A stretch of DNA of 20,000 nucleotides, from the sequence record SRR22947727_1292. The stretch is one strand, 5' to 3'. Below, piece after piece: positions 15,352 through 20,000 of this stretch. A program made the translations under genes and the position numbers. The first letter of the stretch is position 1. Every line of letters begins with the position of its first letter. The notes under the pieces are model-generated. The model saw nothing but the letters and a program-made list of their open reading frames with translations, was not told the origin of the DNA and searched no databases.

Positions 15352-15437
15352 AGCGTGTTTTTTTGTAAAATTACTTATTAACACTCAAATAACATATATT
15401 TTAGTTGTAATATAATTCTTAGTTGGTACTTAAATTG

Positions 15438-15445
15438 TATTTTTG
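15438..15445 (+). promoter_or_regulatory. Bacteroidota -7 element (TATTTTTG) for the polysaccharide locus
   Basis: Exact TAnnTTTG match, 19 nt upstream of ATG 15465. Confidence 0.6.
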
Positions 15446-15464
15446 TAAAAAATAAATTATACCA

Positions 15465-17765
15465 ATGATTAAGAAAATTTGCCTACTATCATTTTTATTT
15501 TTGAGTTTAAATTTATTTTCTCAAGAAATTTCAATTAGCGATTTTAGAAAAATGAGTGATGTTGAGTTATTAAATAACATCAGCAAATATCAGTCTCAAG
15601 GTTTTGATGTTGAAACAATGCTCCAAATTGCACGATCAAAAGGAGCTACAGAAAACGAGATTGCTGAAATACGAAAAAGAATTTCTTCTCTTTCTAATAA
15701 AGCTCCACAAAATAAAACGCCGGATGTTGAGGGACCAAAAACTGATTTTGGACAAACTGCAAATCTCATATCTAAAGCCGTTGAATCGGATACCTTAAGT
15801 ATTTTTGGTGCATCATTTTTTAGCAATGCAAATTTAACCACCAACCCATCGATTAATATTGCAACTCCTAAAGACTATATTTTAGGTCCTGGAGATCAGA
15901 TTACTATATCTTTATTTGGGGCTTCGAATACTACTTACGAGAAAACGATTAATAAAGAGGGGGTGGTTTATATTGAAAATATCTCTCCACTATATTTAAG
16001 CGGGAAAAGTATTGCGCAGGCAACTAAATTTATTACAAATAAACTTTCTCCTATTTATGCCGGATTATCCTACTCAGATAATCAAAAAGGGAAAATATCT
16101 TTAGATCTAAATTTAAATAAAGCTAGGTCAATATTTGTAAGTATTGTGGGTCAAGCAAAAGCTCCTGGCAATTATACCTTAAATGGTTTTGTGTCACCAA
16201 TTAATGCGCTTTATGCAGCAGGTGGAATAAATGAATTAGGTAGTTATAGAAATATTAAAATAATTAGAAATAATAAAGTTCTCACTACGCTAGACTTATA
16301 TGACTTTTTTATTGAGGGTAAAACACCTACTATTTCCCTAACTGATCAGGATATTATTGTAGTGCCTTATTCGGATAAGAAAGTTACATTAACTAGCGGG
16401 TTTAAGAAAACCGGAGTTTTTGAAATGAAAGAAGGTGAAACATTATCAAACCTAATTAATTTTAGTGGTGGACTTCTGCCTAATGCCAACTCGAAAAATA
16501 TTTCTTTAGTATCATTTGACAATGGAAATTTAAAACAATCCAGTGTTGCGTCTAATGACTTTAAAAATTACACTCCAAGAGATGGTGACAAAATAAGCAG
16601 CGGTTTTTTTGATGACTATCTTACCAATAACATCACAATTTCTGGAGCGGTTAACATCCCAGGTAGTTTTAATTTTTCTGAAATTAAATCAATCAATGAT
16701 TTAATTGAAAAAGCAAATGGCTTAAGAAAAGATGCGCTTTTAACTACCGCAAATTTGTTTAGAAAGCAAAATGGAGAAGAAGTTCTTCTAAGTAAATTAT
16801 CTCTTGAAAATATTTTAAATGGCACTCAAAAGGTTTCACTTCAAGAAGGGGATAGAATAAATATTCTTTCCATAACAGATCTAAATCCTGAAAAAACCAT
16901 TACAATTTCAGGAAGTGGTTCTTTAGCTAACGGAGAGTATTCTTATTATGAGGGAATAACAATTGAAGACGTTGTAAACTTGTATGCTGAATTAGCTTTA
17001 GATAATTCTGATCTATTTAGTGTTTATCGGAAAACAAAAAACATAACTAGTGAAGATACTGAGCTATTCGAACTTTATTTATCAAAGGATTTATCTTTTA
17101 AATTAATGCCGTCTGACCAGATCATATTTAGAAACAAATATTACTCAAATACTCGTAATATTTCAATATTAGGCCCTGTAAAATCTAGTGGTCGTTTTAT
17201 TTTAACTAAACAGCTAACCCTTAACAAATTAATTGATTTGGCTGGAGGCTTATTAGAAAATGCTAATAAGGAGGGTATTTACATAAAAAGACAAATAGAG
17301 CTTGAAGATGTTAAACTAGATTCTTTAAATAGTGCTGAAATTAGTGATTTCAACACCCTAATCCTTTCTGTTGACTTAAATGATAATGACATTTATTTAA
17401 AAGAAAATGACAAGGTAATTGTTGGGGAAAAAGATAACTCTGTTACGATTACTGGTGCTGTTCAAAGCGAAACCTCCTATACTTTTAATAGAAAAGAAAG
17501 CATAAAAAAGGCGATAAAAAAAGCTGGAGGATTTTCTCAAAGTGCCTCTAGAAAAAATTCTTTCGTGGTGTATGCGAATAAAGAAATAAAAGGAACAAAG
17601 AAATTCTTGTTTTTTAATACATATCCAAAAATTAAACCAGGAAGCACTATTGTAGTTCCAACAAAAATTGAAACAAATAAAAAACTATCCACCCAGGAAT
17701 TATTAGGAATTACAAGTGGGATATCAACATTAGGTATTTTAATTAGAACTTTATTAGGATTTTAG
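15465..17765 (+). CDS. Polysaccharide export protein with multiple SLBB domains (Wza/KpsD-like OPX)
   Basis: Signal peptide; IFGASFF...ATPKDYILGPGDQI (Poly_export); repeated SLBB units (ALYAAGG, LINFSGG, LIEKANG, LIDLAGG, AIKKAGG); ends PGSTIVVP plus an amphipathic helix. Confidence 0.9.
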   Translation: MIKKICLLSFLFLSLNLFSQEISISDFRKMSDVELLNNISKYQSQGFDVETMLQIARSKGATENEIAEIRKRISSLSNKAPQNKTPDVEGPKTDFGQTANLISKAVESDTLSIFGASFFSNANLTTNPSINIATPKDYILGPGDQITISLFGASNTTYEKTINKEGVVYIENISPLYLSGKSIAQATKFITNKLSPIYAGLSYSDNQKGKISLDLNLNKARSIFVSIVGQAKAPGNYTLNGFVSPINALYAAGGINELGSYRNIKIIRNNKVLTTLDLYDFFIEGKTPTISLTDQDIIVVPYSDKKVTLTSGFKKTGVFEMKEGETLSNLINFSGGLLPNANSKNISLVSFDNGNLKQSSVASNDFKNYTPRDGDKISSGFFDDYLTNNITISGAVNIPGSFNFSEIKSINDLIEKANGLRKDALLTTANLFRKQNGEEVLLSKLSLENILNGTQKVSLQEGDRINILSITDLNPEKTITISGSGSLANGEYSYYEGITIEDVVNLYAELALDNSDLFSVYRKTKNITSEDTELFELYLSKDLSFKLMPSDQIIFRNKYYSNTRNISILGPVKSSGRFILTKQLTLNKLIDLAGGLLENANKEGIYIKRQIELEDVKLDSLNSAEISDFNTLILSVDLNDNDIYLKENDKVIVGEKDNSVTITGAVQSETSYTFNRKESIKKAIKKAGGFSQSASRKNSFVVYANKEIKGTKKFLFFNTYPKIKPGSTIVVPTKIETNKKLSTQELLGITSGISTLGILIRTLLGF

Positions 17766-17766
17766 A

Positions 17767-18837
17767 ATGGCTGATCAAATAAATGATGAAATAGATTTAA
17801 TAGCGTTGTTAAAATCGCTTTTAAAAAAGAAAAAACTAATTCTAAAGCTCACCCTAATTGGTGGGTTAATTGGTCTTATAGTAGGACTTTTAACCCCTAA
17901 AACTTACACCTCCTCTGTTACTTTTATTTTACAAGAGTCTGATGGAAAACAATTAAATTCATCCCTTGGCGGACTAGCCTCTTTAGCTGGCATTAATTTG
18001 AATAGTGGGGGAAATAGCTCTATAGCGCCTGTGATTTATCCAGAGATTTTAAAAAGTTATCCTATTAAAAAAAGCTTGATTTCTAAAGAAGTTATTGTTG
18101 ATGGGGAATCACTTACTTATAAAGACTATAATTTAAATAAATCTGTTGGCATACTTAGTTTAATTAAAAAATACACCATTGGACTTCCATCTCTAATTAT
18201 AAAATCATTTAAAAGTAATGATGGGCAGGTTGCCACTTTAGATAATACTATTGAAACAATTAGTGATGAAGATTTTGAAATTTATAAAAATTTAGACAAC
18301 ATCATTAATATCTCCATAAATGATAAGGATGGTAATATTGATTTAAGCGTCACAGAAAGCACGCCAGAATTGAGTGCTCAATTAACGCAATTTGCTACTA
18401 AAATCTTACAAGATAAAATTATTGAATTGCAAATTGAAAAAACAAAAGAGAGTTATCTATTTATTGAATCCCAGTACAATTTAAAAAAAGAAGAATTTAA
18501 CAGGGCGCAAGATTCTTTAGCCTTTTTTAAAGAGCAAAATTTAAATATCAACAGCGCTTTTGTAGAAAACACTCTAGATAGACTTCAGTCCTATTATAAT
18601 TTAACCAATTCTGTTTATACGGAACTAGCCAAGCAATATGAACAGGCTAAAATAGAAGTAAATAAAAATACGCCTATCTTTACTGTTATTGATCCGGTAT
18701 CAGTACCTAAAGAAAAGGCTGGGCCAAAAAGATTGCTAATAATAATTATATATACTTTCTTGTTTTTTGTTTTAGCAGTTGGTTACATATTATTATTAGA
18801 TCCTATTAAAAGCATTTTAAAAGAAATTAATCCATAA
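17767..18837 (+). CDS. wzz: Wzz/FepE-family chain-length determinant (polysaccharide co-polymerase, no kinase domain)
   Basis: DEIDLIAL N-terminus, TM1, LGGLASLAG, coiled coil, VIDPVSVPKEKAGPKR before TM2. 356 aa, no Walker A. Confidence 0.88.
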   Translation: MADQINDEIDLIALLKSLLKKKKLILKLTLIGGLIGLIVGLLTPKTYTSSVTFILQESDGKQLNSSLGGLASLAGINLNSGGNSSIAPVIYPEILKSYPIKKSLISKEVIVDGESLTYKDYNLNKSVGILSLIKKYTIGLPSLIIKSFKSNDGQVATLDNTIETISDEDFEIYKNLDNIINISINDKDGNIDLSVTESTPELSAQLTQFATKILQDKIIELQIEKTKESYLFIESQYNLKKEEFNRAQDSLAFFKEQNLNINSAFVENTLDRLQSYYNLTNSVYTELAKQYEQAKIEVNKNTPIFTVIDPVSVPKEKAGPKRLLIIIIYTFLFFVLAVGYILLLDPIKSILKEINP

Positions 18838-18887
18838 CTGAAAAATTCCCCAAATCTATCAGTTAAACCTAAATATGCCTACATTAA

Positions 18888-19910
18888 ATGAATTTTGAAC
18901 AAACTATTCCTTACATATCAGTTTTTGCGCTTTCTGTTTGTTTGAACTATGGTTTAAATAAATTATACAGAAAGTTTAGATTGCATGATGTAATCTCAAA
19001 TAGATCCTCCCACGTTGGCTTTCCAACCAGAACAGGAGGGGTGGCGATATTTCTATCGCTTCTAATTTATTATGTTATTAGTTTTTTCAATGATAGTGAA
19101 ATATATCCACCCTTATTTTGCGCATTAGCCTTTAGTATAATTTCCATTTTAGGATTTTTTGATGATTTGTTTGATTTAAATCATAAAATAAAATTACTGA
19201 TCCAATTAATATGTGGAGGATTAATTATATACTGTGGTAGTTATATAGAATCCTTTTTTGGAGTGTTTGGAATTATGGAATTGCCTTATATGGTAAGTGT
19301 TGGGGTTTCATTATTTGTATATATAGTAATTATTAACGCTGTAAACCTAGTAGATGGAATTGACTCTCTTAGCAGTCAGTTATTTATTATTCCAACAGGT
19401 GTTATCGCTTTCCTCCTTTTTAAGAGTAATGTGCTACTTCCAAAACTTTTTGGGCTTTATCTAGCAGCGATAATTGCATATTTAATATTCAATTTAAGAA
19501 AGAAAAATAAAGTCTTTTTAGGTGACACTGGATCGCTACTTTTAGGGAGCACCTTGGCTTATTTTATCTTTCTCTTGTTAGATAATGATATTTCAATTAT
19601 TACAGATTCGAAAATCAATAGAGGATATTTATCTGTTTTACTTATTCTTTATCCCCTTTCAGATACCCTTAGGGTTTTTAGTTTAAGAATAAAAAATAGA
19701 ACATCTCCCTTTATAGCTGACAGAAATCATTTACATCATAAATTAATTGATAAGGGTTACACGCACGTCTTAGCTTCTTTAGTTATTACCGCATTATCAT
19801 CTTTAGTTATTGTTTTAAATCTATTTTGGTTTAATTACTTAGGCCTTATTTTTGCTCCACTATTGACGCTACTTATTTTATATGTAATTTTTGTAAAAGT
19901 TTTTAAATAA
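18888..19910 (+). CDS. wecA: WecA/MraY-like (glycosyltransferase family 4, PNPT) undecaprenyl-phosphate HexNAc-1-phosphate transferase
   Basis: RSSH..PTRTGG, GFFDD, INAVNLVDGID, FLGDTGS, SPFIADRNHLHH; polytopic membrane protein. Confidence 0.88.
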   Translation: MNFEQTIPYISVFALSVCLNYGLNKLYRKFRLHDVISNRSSHVGFPTRTGGVAIFLSLLIYYVISFFNDSEIYPPLFCALAFSIISILGFFDDLFDLNHKIKLLIQLICGGLIIYCGSYIESFFGVFGIMELPYMVSVGVSLFVYIVIINAVNLVDGIDSLSSQLFIIPTGVIAFLLFKSNVLLPKLFGLYLAAIIAYLIFNLRKKNKVFLGDTGSLLLGSTLAYFIFLLLDNDISIITDSKINRGYLSVLLILYPLSDTLRVFSLRIKNRTSPFIADRNHLHHKLIDKGYTHVLASLVITALSSLVIVLNLFWFNYLGLIFAPLLTLLILYVIFVKVFK

Positions 19911-19916
19911 ATATTT

Positions 19917-20000
19917 ATGTGCGGAATTGTTGGCTATATAGGACATAGACAAGCTTACCCTGTTGTTGTTAAAGGATTGTCTCGATTGGAATATAGGGGC
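19917..20000 (+). CDS. glmS: Glutamine-fructose-6-phosphate aminotransferase, 5' part; runs off the window end
   Basis: Not in the ORF track. Translation [28 protein letters not shown] carries the MCGI Ntn nucleophile and the GL.RLEYRG GlmS signature. Confidence 0.93.
   Translation, partial: MCGIVGYIGHRQAYPVVVKGLSRLEYRG

Larger units (their letters stand above)
15390..20000 (+). other. Low-GC surface polysaccharide (O-antigen/capsule) locus, left end
   Basis: Hand-counted 60-nt samples: 50% GC at 15001-15060 vs 22% at 15481-15540 and 27% at 16981-17040. Gene content is OPX, wzz, wecA, glmS. Confidence 0.85.

Noticed and set aside
15401..15425. TTAGTTG direct repeat in the hemH / export-gene spacer
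   Set aside because: Two 7-mers in very AT-rich DNA are within chance expectation.
321..16825. Remaining 60-110 aa ORFs in the track that overlap annotated genes
   Set aside because: All are antisense or out-of-frame shadows of well-supported CDSs, with no motifs or initiation context.
19911..19916. glmS ribozyme upstream of glmS
   Set aside because: Only 6 nt separate wecA and glmS, leaving no room.

Overview
Bacteroidota DNA, most likely Flavobacteriaceae, judged from the gene set and several TAnnTTTG promoter elements. Positions 1 to ~15380 are moderate-GC core genome. They hold the 5' end of nrdB, a Cys-rich DUF3109-like protein, MarC, a small membrane protein, a PlsC-type acyltransferase, a BrxA/B bacilliredoxin, a DjlA-like TerB+J-domain protein, HupE/UreJ, dCMP deaminase, an S41 C-terminal peptidase, an orphan histidine kinase, an enoyl-CoA hydratase, and a minus-strand hemH - MATE - BNR/VPS10 propeller - hemJ run. 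From ~15390 the sequence turns abruptly AT-rich and a surface-polysaccharide locus begins (multi-SLBB export protein, Wzz, WecA-like transferase, 5' end of glmS). I found no CRISPR array, RNA gene, mobile element or clear new defence system. The leads most worth following are: the heme-gene sandwich; a 20-bp palindrome over the probably leaderless hemJ start; the Cys-rich protein next to nrdB plus DnaA-box-like sites; and recurrent short tandem duplications at gene junctions, one of which may have built a repetitive tail on the S41 protease. All family assignments come from motif recognition, not database searches.
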